Sequence record: OR352941.1
Length of the DNA: 64,000 bases
Direction: 5' to 3' (one strand)
Origin: Escherichia phage AV111
A program made the position numbers and the translations under genes. The notes under the pieces were generated by a model. It searched no databases. It had not been told where the DNA came from and saw nothing but the letters and a program-made list of their open reading frames with translations. Position 1 is the first letter of the stretch; every line of letters begins with the position of its first letter. Positions 17,523 to 27,007 of this stretch are shown one piece after another.

Positions 17523-18836
17523 TCAAATAAAATGGACGTCAAAACGACCACGAGTCGTGCCGACATATAGTAATTGTTTGGCTAATTCTGAATCGGCATA
17601 ATGGATACACGGTGTATAAACAAAGGCCGTGTCAACAGATATACCCTGGGCCTTATGGAAGGTTGATACAGGTAGTGCCTTCACCTTAGTGAACATGCGT
17701 TTAGCATCCCAGAATTCGCTCCATGGAGCTTTACCGCCTTTATTCCAGAATTTGTATGTTTCTGCGGTCTTAGCCAAAAACAAATTGAATTTATAAAGCT
17801 CTTCTTCAGAAGAAATAACCTTTATATCCTCTCGGACGTATTCCTCATCATCACCATATGTTTCTACTGTAAGATTCCAGTATCGTATCATATATTCGCC
17901 TGAAACACCACGTGCTTTAACGAATGTAGACGTTTCTACAGCATCTCGAATACGAACGAATTGCCCATTATTGAAAAGCATTTCGGTCATATTTTTACCG
18001 TCTAGCTTATATGTCTTAGTAAATGGCTCTTGTAGAACAATGACTTCGTCTTTAATAAATGGTTTTTCTGTTTCAAGAAGTTTTCGGCGAATAATTGAAT
18101 TTAACTTGTCCACCGACTTATTTGTGAATGCCATCATTCGATTTTCGAAAAGGTCTTCAGGAGTTTTAACGACGTTAAAATAGTTCATCATATACGATTT
18201 AAGGTCTGTATATCCATGAACGCCGTGCCCATCAACTACTTTATCGTAAATCCATTTGCCATTACGAATATCAGTCGCAACATCAATAATTGGTGCATTG
18301 CTACGTTTAACTTCTGTAAGGTTGCATTGCACGAAGTCTTTGTGAGTGAAGAAAGGACTTAGATACGCAGTTGATTCGCCTGGGTCTACCGGACGAATCT
18401 GGCATCGGTCGCCGATTCCAATTACTGTACACCATTTAGGGATACTAGCTAACATTATTTTAAACAGAGAACGGTCGCACATTGACGCTTCATCAAATAA
18501 CAGTACACGACACAAGGCTAAGTCGGGAACCTTTTTCTGTTCAAACAATACGTTTTCTTCGTATGTAGTTGGGTTGATTTTAAGAATGCTATGAATAGTC
18601 GATGCTTCTTGACCCGCAAGTTTGCTTAGAACCTTTTTAGCGGCATGTGTAGGGGCTGCTAAAATAATACCTGATTCTCCTGAAGAAATAAGAGCTTCAA
18701 CAATAAATCTAGTAAGGGTTGTTTTACCTGTACCAGCCGGTCCATTAATAGTTACATGATGTTTCTTTTCTTTAATAGCTTCCATAACAACGTTGAAGGC
18801 GTTTTTCTGGCCTTCAGTCAAATCATCAAATGTCAT
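17523..18836 (-). CDS. dda: Dda DNA helicase (SF1)
   Basis: 437 aa; Walker A GPAGTGKTT; length and synteny match T4 Dda. Confidence 0.9.
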   Translation of the reverse strand: MTFDDLTEGQKNAFNVVMEAIKEKKHHVTINGPAGTGKTTLTRFIVEALISSGESGIILAAPTHAAKKVLSKLAGQEASTIHSILKINPTTYEENVLFEQKKVPDLALCRVLLFDEASMCDRSLFKIMLASIPKWCTVIGIGDRCQIRPVDPGESTAYLSPFFTHKDFVQCNLTEVKRSNAPIIDVATDIRNGKWIYDKVVDGHGVHGYTDLKSYMMNYFNVVKTPEDLFENRMMAFTNKSVDKLNSIIRRKLLETEKPFIKDEVIVLQEPFTKTYKLDGKNMTEMLFNNGQFVRIRDAVETSTFVKARGVSGEYMIRYWNLTVETYGDDEEYVREDIKVISSEEELYKFNLFLAKTAETYKFWNKGGKAPWSEFWDAKRMFTKVKALPVSTFHKAQGISVDTAFVYTPCIHYADSELAKQLLYVGTTRGRFDVHFI

Positions 18837-19144
18837 CGTAAAGTCCCTGCAATTGGAATACTAACAATACGGCCAGTGTCCAGGATTCGTTGATACAATC
18901 TTTGCGTCTCCGCATCTAGTTTAATGTGTTTCATTTCAAGCTTATTAAACCAGAACTTACGCGGAGTTTCGACCATTCTTAGAACTCCCATTTTTAAATC
19001 TGTTTTATACTGTGTTTTCAAAGTATCGAAAACTTTATCTGCAATATCCTTTCTAAAAAATACTGCAGGACGATGCTCATCAAGTGGAACCGGGACAGTA
19101 AATCCTTCCATATCTCGATAAACTATTGCATATACATAAACCAT
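18833..19144 (-). CDS. hypothetical protein (103 aa), dda.1 position
   Basis: ORF in track; ATGA overlap with dda. Confidence 0.5.
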   Translation of the reverse strand: MVYVYAIVYRDMEGFTVPVPLDEHRPAVFFRKDIADKVFDTLKTQYKTDLKMGVLRMVETPRKFWFNKLEMKHIKLDAETQRLYQRILDTGRIVSIPIAGTLR

Positions 19145-19146
19145 AA

Positions 19147-19893
19147 TTAACCTTTAATCAGTTGGAATAATGATGCGCTAAGTGGTAAGCCACGTTTCAA
19201 TTTTAATTTACCAATGAAACCAATCTTTTCAAAACGTTGCAGACCTTGGATAACTTTATCATATGTATCGAAAAGCGATTCAGCGTCAGTTAATTTAGTT
19301 TTAGTTTTCCAGTCAGAGCCTTTAAGAAGAACGTTGAGTTTAGTAAGTTCATGGCCTTCTGCTTGATGTGAGCCATTAATGCGTGCTTTCAAAGCAACAA
19401 TTCTAAGTTTAGATTCGTTAGATAAAGGTTGATTTTTCATCATGTTCGCCATATGCTTAACACGATTTTCACGTTTTGCTCGGATTTTTAAAATAGTATC
19501 ATAAACCTTTTTAATTTGGGCCCATTTCTTCTCGTCGAGATTAAGTTTCTCTACTTTACGGGCAGAAGGATTAGCAATACGTCTTGCAACAGCGTCACGT
19601 TTCTCAATAAGTTCTTCTAATGTTAAATCAGAACGAGCCGTGTTATATTTTTTCTTAACTGGGATAACATTACCTTTAATGTAGCCGATATCGTTATTAA
19701 AACGTTCTAAGGATAATTTCTCACCTTCAACAGAGTTATTAAAGGATTCGCCTGAGTAAGCGCAGACCTTTTGATCAAGAATGTTTTTAAGGTAATTAAA
19801 GTCTAAGTTAAAATCCTTAGAGCGTCTCTTCGCAGAAGCTCTGGTGTGGTCAAGACGACGATTGATTTTGTTAATTTTATTATTTGATAACAT
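19147..19893 (-). CDS. srd: Srd-like protein
   Basis: 248 aa; position between dda and modA as in T4; sequence not independently recognised. Confidence 0.5.
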   Translation of the reverse strand: MLSNNKINKINRRLDHTRASAKRRSKDFNLDFNYLKNILDQKVCAYSGESFNNSVEGEKLSLERFNNDIGYIKGNVIPVKKKYNTARSDLTLEELIEKRDAVARRIANPSARKVEKLNLDEKKWAQIKKVYDTILKIRAKRENRVKHMANMMKNQPLSNESKLRIVALKARINGSHQAEGHELTKLNVLLKGSDWKTKTKLTDAESLFDTYDKVIQGLQRFEKIGFIGKLKLKRGLPLSASLFQLIKG

Positions 19894-19944
19894 AATATTT
19901 TCCTCTGTCTTACGGACGTTAAGGTCATTTAGCTGATAAGTCTA

Positions 19945-19970
19945 TAATATCATGCCCTCAGGTAGTGTAC
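19945..19970 (-). promoter_or_regulatory. early promoter (-35 GTGTAC, 17 nt, TGnTATTAT) upstream of srd
   Basis: read from sequence. Confidence 0.5.
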
Positions 19971-20046
19971 ACTCTTTTTTCGTAAAATGCTTTAATTTTT
20001 TATGTGTTATAATGGTTCTGAGTTCCATCCGGTTATTCCAATTCAG

Positions 20047-20655
20047 TCAGTAACTGACAATAGACAGATTCCAGATTGTATAACGTCCATCTTGAATAAT
20101 AGAATCTACACGCAGTGTAGTCCCTATAGGGAGCATAAATTCACATTCGTCAGATATAAGTCTAGCATTAGACCGTCTTGTCGCTTCAGGGAAAGCTCCA
20201 TTGAACTCACAAGATGGCGCAGCCAGAATCATGTTAAGCATATGTTCACGGAAGTTGAAAGCAAATGGTGCATCTTTGATGCAGAACATATTAAATGTTC
20301 CGTAAAAATTATACGAAGCAAAGTTACGTGCTACACCGAACACTGGGCTGAAGCTCATTACTCTGTCAAATTTAATAATACTACCAATGCCTTTATCATC
20401 AAGTGTGGCCATAGTTTTCTTAGAGATTCCACGATACATTGTCTCAGGAACAGAAGACGTCCAATTTCTACGAACGATTGAACTTAACTCCTGTTGAATA
20501 CAGTCTGGCTTGTTTTCCATACACTGCCAAAGGATGCTTTGTTCATTATCGTTGAATTGACTATCAATTTCGTACTGCAATACATCTTGATATTCGGGGG
20601 TTTGAGCACGACGAACCATTTCTTCAATTTCACACTCGTTATACGGCATAAACAT
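20047..20655 (-). CDS. modA: ADP-ribosyltransferase ModA-like
   Basis: 202 aa; YRG motif; paralog of the adjacent gene; synteny. Confidence 0.7.
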   Translation of the reverse strand: MFMPYNECEIEEMVRRAQTPEYQDVLQYEIDSQFNDNEQSILWQCMENKPDCIQQELSSIVRRNWTSSVPETMYRGISKKTMATLDDKGIGSIIKFDRVMSFSPVFGVARNFASYNFYGTFNMFCIKDAPFAFNFREHMLNMILAAPSCEFNGAFPEATRRSNARLISDECEFMLPIGTTLRVDSIIQDGRYTIWNLSIVSY

Positions 20656-20683
20656 TTAGGTTTCTCCTGTGGTTGATAGAGGT

Positions 20684-20712
20684 ATAGTATCATCATCGGA
20701 AGAGTTTGTACA
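20684..20712 (-). promoter_or_regulatory. early promoter (-35 TGTACA, 17 nt, -10 TACTAT) upstream of modA
   Basis: read from sequence. Confidence 0.5.
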
Positions 20713-21294
20713 CTAAAAATTCAACATTTTCAAATGAATGATTTTGTATAATCGAGATAAAGGGTCATATTCTAAGTCTTCAATTTCCACAATCTCAAAT
20801 CTAGAGATACCTGAGACCATGTACTCTTGTTCAGATTCAATCATATCTAGGACGTCAACACGCTTTTCTTCCATAATATGCTTAGGGTTCTTTCCGGCGA
20901 GTACAATGTTAACCATGTTTTGGTAGTAATCAAAAATGAATGGAGCATTCCTGAGACTAAGAATAGTGTACGTCTGATACTCCCAACTCCCAGAGAATTG
21001 ACGAGCTGTACTGAAATCAGTTGTGAACGATGTTACTCGTCCAGGAGACCAATGACATCCAACAGAAAGAAGTGAAAGACGTTCTACTTCTTCTGGAGTT
21101 ACACCACGGTAGAGTTCTACTGGTACTGTAGAAGTCATATGCTTACGAACAAGATGGTCTAATTCATAGTGGAAATCCGGGTCTTCCTTAGAATCGGTGC
21201 AAGCCCAGAGAATGTTTTGTTCTTGTTTAGTGAATTTGCTATCAATCAGATTTGTTAGGTATTCACGTTCTTGAAGTTCAGATTGACATGTCAT
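20713..21294 (-). CDS. modB: ADP-ribosyltransferase ModB-like
   Basis: 193 aa; YRG motif; paralog of modA. Confidence 0.7.
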   Translation of the reverse strand: MTCQSELQEREYLTNLIDSKFTKQEQNILWACTDSKEDPDFHYELDHLVRKHMTSTVPVELYRGVTPEEVERLSLLSVGCHWSPGRVTSFTTDFSTARQFSGSWEYQTYTILSLRNAPFIFDYYQNMVNIVLAGKNPKHIMEEKRVDVLDMIESEQEYMVSGISRFEIVEIEDLEYDPLSRLYKIIHLKMLNF

Positions 21295-21321
21295 GATAGA
21301 CCTCCATTTAAAGATAAGCCT

Positions 21322-21350
21322 ATCATAACACGAGAGGAGGGAATGTAAAC
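21322..21350 (-). promoter_or_regulatory. early promoter (-35 GTTTAC, 17 nt, -10 TATGAT) upstream of modB
   Basis: read from sequence. Confidence 0.5.
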
Positions 21351-21514
21351 TACTTTTTAAGCTTTCCTACTAAAGGTCCATCAGGGCCAGGTTGTTCTAA
21401 CATGAATAACGATGCTTTAAAAAGCAATGTTAACCCTTTCACCATTCGATACCATGTCTCAAAGTCTTTTTCCTTGATTTCTAGTAAAAATTTCTCTTTC
21501 AATTTATCTTTCAT
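21350..21514 (-). CDS. small protein (54 aa)
   Basis: ATG overlaps stop of ORF 21511..21699 (ATGA); below ORF-track cutoff. Confidence 0.3.
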   Translation of the reverse strand: MKDKLKEKFLLEIKEKDFETWYRMVKGLTLLFKASLFMLEQPGPDGPLVGKLKK

Positions 21515-21699
21515 TTCCAAGGACTCCATGGTGGAGGGTCGTCATAATAAGAGGCAAGGTCTTTCAGGGCTTCAACAGGTAAACTAAAGCCGTGTCGTTG
21601 TATAATACTATCTAGTTCATCAACAAGTTCACTACGATGCACTTTAGGAGCCTCAACTTCAGGCTCGTCAAACATACTCATAAGGTCCATATTATTCAC
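21511..21699 (-). CDS. hypothetical protein (62 aa)
   Basis: ORF in track. Confidence 0.45.
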   Translation of the reverse strand: MNNMDLMSMFDEPEVEAPKVHRSELVDELDSIIQRHGFSLPVEALKDLASYYDDPPPWSPWK

Positions 21700-22156
21700 C
21701 TAAATAAAAACTAGGCTGCTCGGAGAATGTTTCTAGCGCTACACCTTTTGTCTTAAAAAATTTCCAAATAGCTCGTTGCAAATGGATTAAATCTGCTAAT
21801 GATGTAATAAAGTATTTTTTGGCAAAATACTTATGGTCTCGATTTTCAAACAAGTCTAAACGCTTTTCAGGATTCACATAAACGGCATTTTCCGTAGATT
21901 CATAACCTAAGTCCTTTATGCCTTCTTCAAGACTAAACGGAGAATTTTTAGAATGAGTAATAGCTCCAACTCGCTCTACACGAATTTTGTAACCTTTAGG
22001 AATCTGCAATTTGCAGAATTCTTCTACGATATATTGCGGATTATTTAGACTTTTGTTAATGAGAATAGCTATTTCTAGTGGAGTCTTATCTTCTACTGGT
22101 ATATGTTTAAATGACTTGGCTTCAAGCAAATACATTTTAAATAACATAGCATCCAT
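21692..22156 (-). CDS. hypothetical protein (154 aa), mrh position
   Basis: ORF in track. Confidence 0.5.
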   Translation of the reverse strand: MDAMLFKMYLLEAKSFKHIPVEDKTPLEIAILINKSLNNPQYIVEEFCKLQIPKGYKIRVERVGAITHSKNSPFSLEEGIKDLGYESTENAVYVNPEKRLDLFENRDHKYFAKKYFITSLADLIHLQRAIWKFFKTKGVALETFSEQPSFYLGE

Positions 22157-22331
22157 TATAATTTCCTCGATGGTTCACCCATATAAAGTTTTACAATACG
22201 TTCGCCTTCATCTTCGACGAGCTTTTCTTCATGTTTCTGGAATTCTTTAGCCATATTCTCTTCAAGAACATCCAGCCAATCTTCTGGTCCGACACCATCA
22301 TTCCAGCTTTTAAACCATTTTACTATTCTGT

Positions 22332-22520
22332 TCATTCGCAGCTCCCTGAGTCCGAACTACAATCGGAATAACTTGAACCAGAATCTCCAGACCAGGATGA
22401 TACGTAAGAATGATTATAACTTGAAGAGTTTGAAGCAGACTTAGGACGAATAACTTCTTCCATCATGCCGTCACCAATGTATTCCCAACTTTTTTCATGT
22501 GTATCAGGAATAGGCATCAT
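22332..22520 (-). CDS. hypothetical Ser-rich protein (about 62 aa)
   Basis: internal ATG at 22520 downstream of the stop of ORF 22534..22761; track ORF over-extended. Confidence 0.35.
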   Translation of the reverse strand: MMPIPDTHEKSWEYIGDGMMEEVIRPKSASNSSSYNHSYVSSWSGDSGSSYSDCSSDSGSCE

Positions 22521-22533
22521 ACCTTCGCCTGGT

Positions 22534-22761
22534 TTAGCAGCAAACAACTTCTTCAGCATCGTAAGCATTAATTGTTCCTCGAACAAAACGAACACCACCA
22601 TCATCCCAACGGATTTCGGCATTAAATTTGACGTCTTCACCATCCATCATGAATGAGTGTACGACTACGTCATCATAATATCCAAGACCGTATTTCAACG
22701 AAACTTCTTGTGCAATCAAAGCGCCTAATGTGTTATTAGGTTTAATCCAACGATTTAACAT
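22534..22761 (-). CDS. hypothetical protein (75 aa)
   Basis: ATG start, AAGAGGAA RBS, promoter upstream. Confidence 0.5.
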   Translation of the reverse strand: MLNRWIKPNNTLGALIAQEVSLKYGLGYYDDVVVHSFMMDGEDVKFNAEIRWDDGGVRFVRGTINAYDAEEVVCC

Positions 22762-22789
22762 ATTGTTTTCCTCTTGAGTAAGTAAGAAT

Positions 22790-22819
22790 ATCTTAACACA
22801 GTTTTTAGTGGATGTAAAC
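22790..22819 (-). promoter_or_regulatory. early promoter (-35 GTTTAC, 18 nt, -10 TAAGAT)
   Basis: read from sequence. Confidence 0.45.
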
Positions 22820-22835
22820 TCTAGAAACGAAAAAA

Positions 22836-22853
22836 GGAATCCCGAAGGATTCC
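22836..22853 (-). terminator. intrinsic terminator GGAAUCC-UUCG-GGAUUCC plus U6, downstream of soc
   Basis: perfect 7-bp stem, UUCG loop, U-run. Confidence 0.65.
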
Positions 22854-22862
22854 TTAAATTAT

Positions 22863-23099
22863 TTAACCACCTACTTCCGTGGGTGTGAACATTGCTTTGT
22901 TCTTAGTACGCCAATCTGCTGCGTCAGTCACCACAGTAGTGTAAGCAGCTTTTTCAGACGGGAAAGTCTGATAATGAGCATCAGCAATTCGGTGCTCATT
23001 TGAGTAAATCTCAAACGGTACAGAAACTTCCATACCTTTAACTTCTTTACCTTCACCAGCAGGATGCGTAAAGGTTTTGATGTTTACATAACCACCCAT
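22863..23099 (-). CDS. soc: small outer capsid protein Soc
   Basis: 78 aa; GYVNIKTF...AHYQTFPSEKAAY matches T4 Soc as recalled. Confidence 0.9.
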   Translation of the reverse strand: MGGYVNIKTFTHPAGEGKEVKGMEVSVPFEIYSNEHRIADAHYQTFPSEKAAYTTVVTDAADWRTKNKAMFTPTEVGG

Positions 23100-23130
23100 A
23101 ATTAACTCCTTTGTTGTTTAATTACAGGTG

Positions 23131-23138
23131 TATTTATA
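23131..23138 (-). promoter_or_regulatory. late promoter TATAAATA (minus strand) about 32 nt upstream of the soc ATG
   Basis: exact T4 late consensus octamer. Confidence 0.6.
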
Positions 23139-23144
23139 ACTTAA

Positions 23145-23666
23145 TTAGTAACCATTATCCTGACGTTCAAAGTTGTGTTGGTTTTTCAAGTAGTAAAGTT
23201 TAAAGATTTCTTCTGCTGTAAGACCAAGACCCTGGAACATATTCAGAACGAAATGAAGAATATCAATCATCTCAAATTTAATTTCAAGCTGGTCTTCAGG
23301 AGACAGTTCATCGATACGACGATTTCGATATTCAGCATGTTGTGCTTTCCATGGCTTCCATACAGAGCTAGCGGCTTTTTCACCATTGCTCATACCGCCA
23401 AGTGAAGTCAGCAGTTCACGGAATTCGTCATCAATATAATCTTTCTGATTACGCAGCCAATCAACAACATCGCCTGCAGTGGCCAATTCATCAGGATGTT
23501 TGTTATGTTCAGGCTTGTCATTTGCCAGACGAACCTGTAAAGATTTCTGCATATCAAGCATTACCTGCAGTGGGTCTTTATCTTCGTGAATCAGAGCATT
23601 AAAATAAGCTTCTTCTGCTTTATCAACGCCTTCGATCAGTTGACTACATTCGTTGAAATGTGGCAT
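23145..23666 (-). CDS. 56: dCTP pyrophosphatase gp56 (MazG-like)
   Basis: internal ATG at 23666 with AAGGAA RBS; MPHFNECSQLIEG...WKPWKA...LEIKFEMIDILHFVLNMF matches T4 gp56 as recalled; about 173 aa. Confidence 0.85.
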   Translation of the reverse strand: MPHFNECSQLIEGVDKAEEAYFNALIHEDKDPLQVMLDMQKSLQVRLANDKPEHNKHPDELATAGDVVDWLRNQKDYIDDEFRELLTSLGGMSNGEKAASSVWKPWKAQHAEYRNRRIDELSPEDQLEIKFEMIDILHFVLNMFQGLGLTAEEIFKLYYLKNQHNFERQDNGY

Positions 23667-24317
23667 GTTATTTTCCTTTCTTATGAAGTTTTCTATCATA
23701 TGTCTATAGCAGATATTAGGATAACCTGCCTTGACAGCTATTTTATTAAATTTTGTGCGCTTAGGTCTATTATTATAAACCCATAATTCATAAAGCGCAT
23801 CATAACTATTCCATATTTCTCCTCGCCTAGGATTTGGTAAACCATATCGAGGCGAATTTTTACCGCTAAATCTTCCTTTTCGGGCTTTACTCATATTAGC
23901 CTTGGCTTCATCGGATATAATTTTACCTTTATGAGCTAGACGCATTTTAGCTTTAGTTTCTTCTGGAGTCTTTTTACCTTTAATCCATGACGGCTTGCCA
24001 TATCTAGGATTATTTTCACCCGAGAAAAGAACAGAGTTTTGGATTTTAAGGGTTTCTATTAATCTACTTGTTAATTTAACACCTTTATTATATCGCATTA
24101 AATTTACAGCATAATGCAATCCTCTCACATCTGGATATATTTTAGTTAATAATCTATGAGCTATAAAATGCTCACGCGCAGTTAACTCAACAAGATTGTT
24201 TTTGCCATCTGCTCCTCCCATACATCTAGGAATTATATGATGGCGTTCTTTATATCCGCAAAGCCGCCGGCATTTAGCTTTTGTAATTAAAGCAGAGTAA
24301 ATTTTTTGGTAATTCAC
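23667..24317 (-). CDS. HNH homing endonuclease, in frame with gene 56 (no stop before 56)
   Basis: N-terminus MNYQKIY...HHIIPRCMGG..NLVELTAREH is paralogous to HNH 10716..11513; initiates at GTG 24317; the adjacent ATG at 24319 is out of frame. Confidence 0.6.
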
Positions 24318-24405
24318 ATATATCCTTTCAATTCAGTATAAAAGAGTTTAATTCTAACATTAATTTTATAAAGCGTAATAAATAATAGGTAACTAAGGAG
24401 ATATT

Positions 24406-24603
24406 ATGTTTAAACTTCCGTCGTTAATCAACGCTATTAAAGGCAATAAAAAGAAAACTGCTATCGCTGCAATAGTTGTAGGTGGCATTATTTCATGGAA
24501 CTTCGGGATTGCACCATTGTTAGTTGCCCATGGTATTATAGTTCCTTCCGTTCCATTGGATACTGTAGTTGATTTGGCCTTTGCTATTATAGGGCTTGTT
24601 TAA
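24406..24603 (+). CDS. small hydrophobic protein (65 aa) on the plus strand
   Basis: AAGGAG RBS 5 nt before the ATG; intergenic between 56 and 61; convergent with gene 61. Confidence 0.45.
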   Translation: MFKLPSLINAIKGNKKKTAIAAIVVGGIISWNFGIAPLLVAHGIIVPSVPLDTVVDLAFAIIGLV

Positions 24604-25622
24604 ATCTTCGAATAACGAGATAATCTCATTTTAGCATGCAACCCACTTGAAATATTCTGTTTCATATATTCTAAAATTTCTTGTGGTGTTGCATTTTCTT
24701 TCATTACCATATCATTCACATCCTTTGATCTCCATGGAGCTAGGTCCCAGAACATGACACGTTCGCCTGCATCAACTAATCGCTTCATGCGAGCTATAGT
24801 ATCCGGATGCCTAGGTTCATTATCCATTACCCATACCCGACGTTCTTTAAATGGTACCACATCTAAATCTATTGAGCCGCCTGTAATAGCGATTGCATTG
24901 GGTATGAATAAACTATCAATAGGGCCTTCCATTACCCAGACGTCTCCTTCCTTAACACGTTCAACACCATAAATTTTTGTTGCAGACTCAAACGCTTTAA
25001 TAGTGATATATTTCTGAGGAGCATCTTTGCGAAGTGCACGTCCTTGAAATGACTCGGCCTTCCCATCTTTATTAAAAATAGGAATCACTAAACGTGGTTC
25101 AGGAATCTCTTTCTTATACGTACCCGGTTGAATCTTGTTGACCAATTTGGGCCATTCTAATGTGAACCATAATCTGTTCCATGATTCTTTAGGAATACAC
25201 CGAGACTTAACATATTTCACAATAGGATGCTCTTCAGGCAACTTGTCTAGACGAGAACAAGACGGCAAAGAATTTATAGTCTTTTTCTCTGGCTCCGGTT
25301 TAGCTTCAGGAACCTTTTCAATCTTTGGTTCCATTCTAGCTTTTTCTTTACGAACTTCCATTAGATATTCGCGATAAAGCTCTTCATCATACTCTTTTAA
25401 GTATCCGGAAATTGTATTGTGGTATTGACAGTTATAGCAATGCACATTACCAGGAGTACCGCCATAATACCATCCGCGAGCTTTCATTGCATCTGTCTGG
25501 GAGTCGCCACAAACTGGACATCGAAATGTTAATTTAAATGTGCTTGAATTATTGATTTGTCTAAAACGAGGTAGGTGAGAAAACGCACGATAAGCAAATT
25601 CATTATCTATCCATTCAGCCAT
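24600..25622 (-). CDS. 61: DNA primase gp61
   Basis: 340 aa; zinc ribbon CPVCGDS...CYNC plus TOPRIM; matches T4 gp61. Confidence 0.9.
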   Translation of the reverse strand: MAEWIDNEFAYRAFSHLPRFRQINNSSTFKLTFRCPVCGDSQTDAMKARGWYYGGTPGNVHCYNCQYHNTISGYLKEYDEELYREYLMEVRKEKARMEPKIEKVPEAKPEPEKKTINSLPSCSRLDKLPEEHPIVKYVKSRCIPKESWNRLWFTLEWPKLVNKIQPGTYKKEIPEPRLVIPIFNKDGKAESFQGRALRKDAPQKYITIKAFESATKIYGVERVKEGDVWVMEGPIDSLFIPNAIAITGGSIDLDVVPFKERRVWVMDNEPRHPDTIARMKRLVDAGERVMFWDLAPWRSKDVNDMVMKENATPQEILEYMKQNISSGLHAKMRLSRYSKI

Positions 25623-25635
25623 AGTATTCTCCAGA

Positions 25636-25655
25636 GGCCTTAAATTAATAAGGCC
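25636..25655 (-). promoter_or_regulatory. hairpin GGCCUUA-N6-UAAGGCC in the gene 61 leader, just upstream of its GGAG RBS
   Basis: 7-bp perfect inverted repeat seen in sequence. Confidence 0.4.
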
Positions 25656-25661
25656 ATCTTA

Positions 25662-26156
25662 TCACAACTTATTAATATTTACTTTAATTCGCTTTCTTTT
25701 CTTGGAAGGAATTTGTTCGGGACCTTTATTTACGACTGCACCTGTAGTTGTTCCTGATGCAATAGCTTGAGGGCTGCCACCTGAATCGCCAGCAACCATA
25801 TCCTCAAATAAAGGGAGCTCTTTAAATATTTCTTTCTGTTGTTCTTCCGTAATGTTATAGCGTGAAGCTACAGCACTCCAGGCAGACATCATTGAGGCCA
25901 TTCCATTAAGACCTGGAACAGTGCTCATCATTCGCTTCATTGAACGAACTGAAGCATGAAAAGGTGTATACGCCGCTTTTTCTTCGGGAGTAGAAGGACG
26001 TTTAAGAACACTTCCACGTTCATCGATGATTTTGGCTTCGTATGCTTTCCATTCGGTAAAAGGTTTTTGCATTAGTCGAATAAACTTATATGCGTAAACA
26101 GAATCTATTGCAGTGTTAATAATACCCATAGGTACCTCCTGAGTATATTTAATCAA
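25662..26156 (-). CDS. hypothetical protein (164 aa)
   Basis: ORF in track. Confidence 0.5.
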   Translation of the reverse strand: MIKYTQEVPMGIINTAIDSVYAYKFIRLMQKPFTEWKAYEAKIIDERGSVLKRPSTPEEKAAYTPFHASVRSMKRMMSTVPGLNGMASMMSAWSAVASRYNITEEQQKEIFKELPLFEDMVAGDSGGSPQAIASGTTTGAVVNKGPEQIPSKKRKRIKVNINKL

Positions 26157-26347
26157 TTACAAAGATTGCTTTGTCACCATTTATATCTGTGACTTCATAT
26201 GTAGTGCCTTCATACTGTGGAATATTCCAAATTACACCGTCATTAGCTTTTACGCTAATATGGCATTAGTGTTTTGAAACAACTTCATAATCTTCAAAAC
26301 TTGTAAAAACACTAATTTTAGAACCAGTGCAAATTGCAGTAGTCATT

Positions 26348-27007
26348 TTAACCTCGATTCATAAATGCATTAAATATTTGGTCATCAACAGAAATTTCTA
26401 ATTCAACTTCAATTGCTTCAGCCTTTTCTTCAGGTGGTAATTCGTATCCACACACTACAATTTTTTCATCGATATCAAAATATACAGAAGCAATACGATT
26501 AATGTTACTTTCAGTTAAGTCTAAATCAACATCAACATCTTTTTGACCTACGCTTAAAGGATAACTAATACGAGTTATTTTATTATCTTTAACAAAGAGT
26601 CCACCAACATACTCTGTGCTACGTTTGAAGTTTACACGTTTCCGAATTGAAAGATATGATACATCTTTACCGTGAGCTCGGCTCATAGGACATAATGAAT
26701 AGCTAGAATAAGAGATGTCAAATCCTACACCTTCAATATGAGCCAACGTGTCATGATTAAACCAATTATAATCATATGCCAAATCCATTATATTGTAATA
26801 TGTGAAAGGCACAGGATTAACATCATATGTTGTACCTTTAAAATCTGCCCAGGCAACGATTTCGTTATCTTTAACAATTACAAAAATTACACCAATATGG
26901 TATCCGTTATTATTTTCATTCGGCGTTATATTATAACATTGTGCATTAGGAAATTTACCATATTTAAATGGCGCGTTTTTGTGCATATAATAAATCATAT
27001 TATTCAC
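26348..27007 (-). CDS. hypothetical protein (219 aa)
   Basis: ORF in track. Confidence 0.5.
   Translation of the reverse strand: MNNMIYYMHKNAPFKYGKFPNAQCYNITPNENNNGYHIGVIFVIVKDNEIVAWADFKGTTYDVNPVPFTYYNIMDLAYDYNWFNHDTLAHIEGVGFDISYSSYSLCPMSRAHGKDVSYLSIRKRVNFKRSTEYVGGLFVKDNKITRISYPLSVGQKDVDVDLDLTESNINRIASVYFDIDEKIVVCGYELPPEEKAEAIEVELEISVDDQIFNAFMNRG

Noticed and set aside
20002-20481. Plus-strand 159-aa ORF
   Set aside because: Lies entirely antisense to modA, which has a promoter, RBS and ADP-ribosyltransferase motifs; no RBS of its own and a Cys/Arg-rich composition typical of antisense frames.
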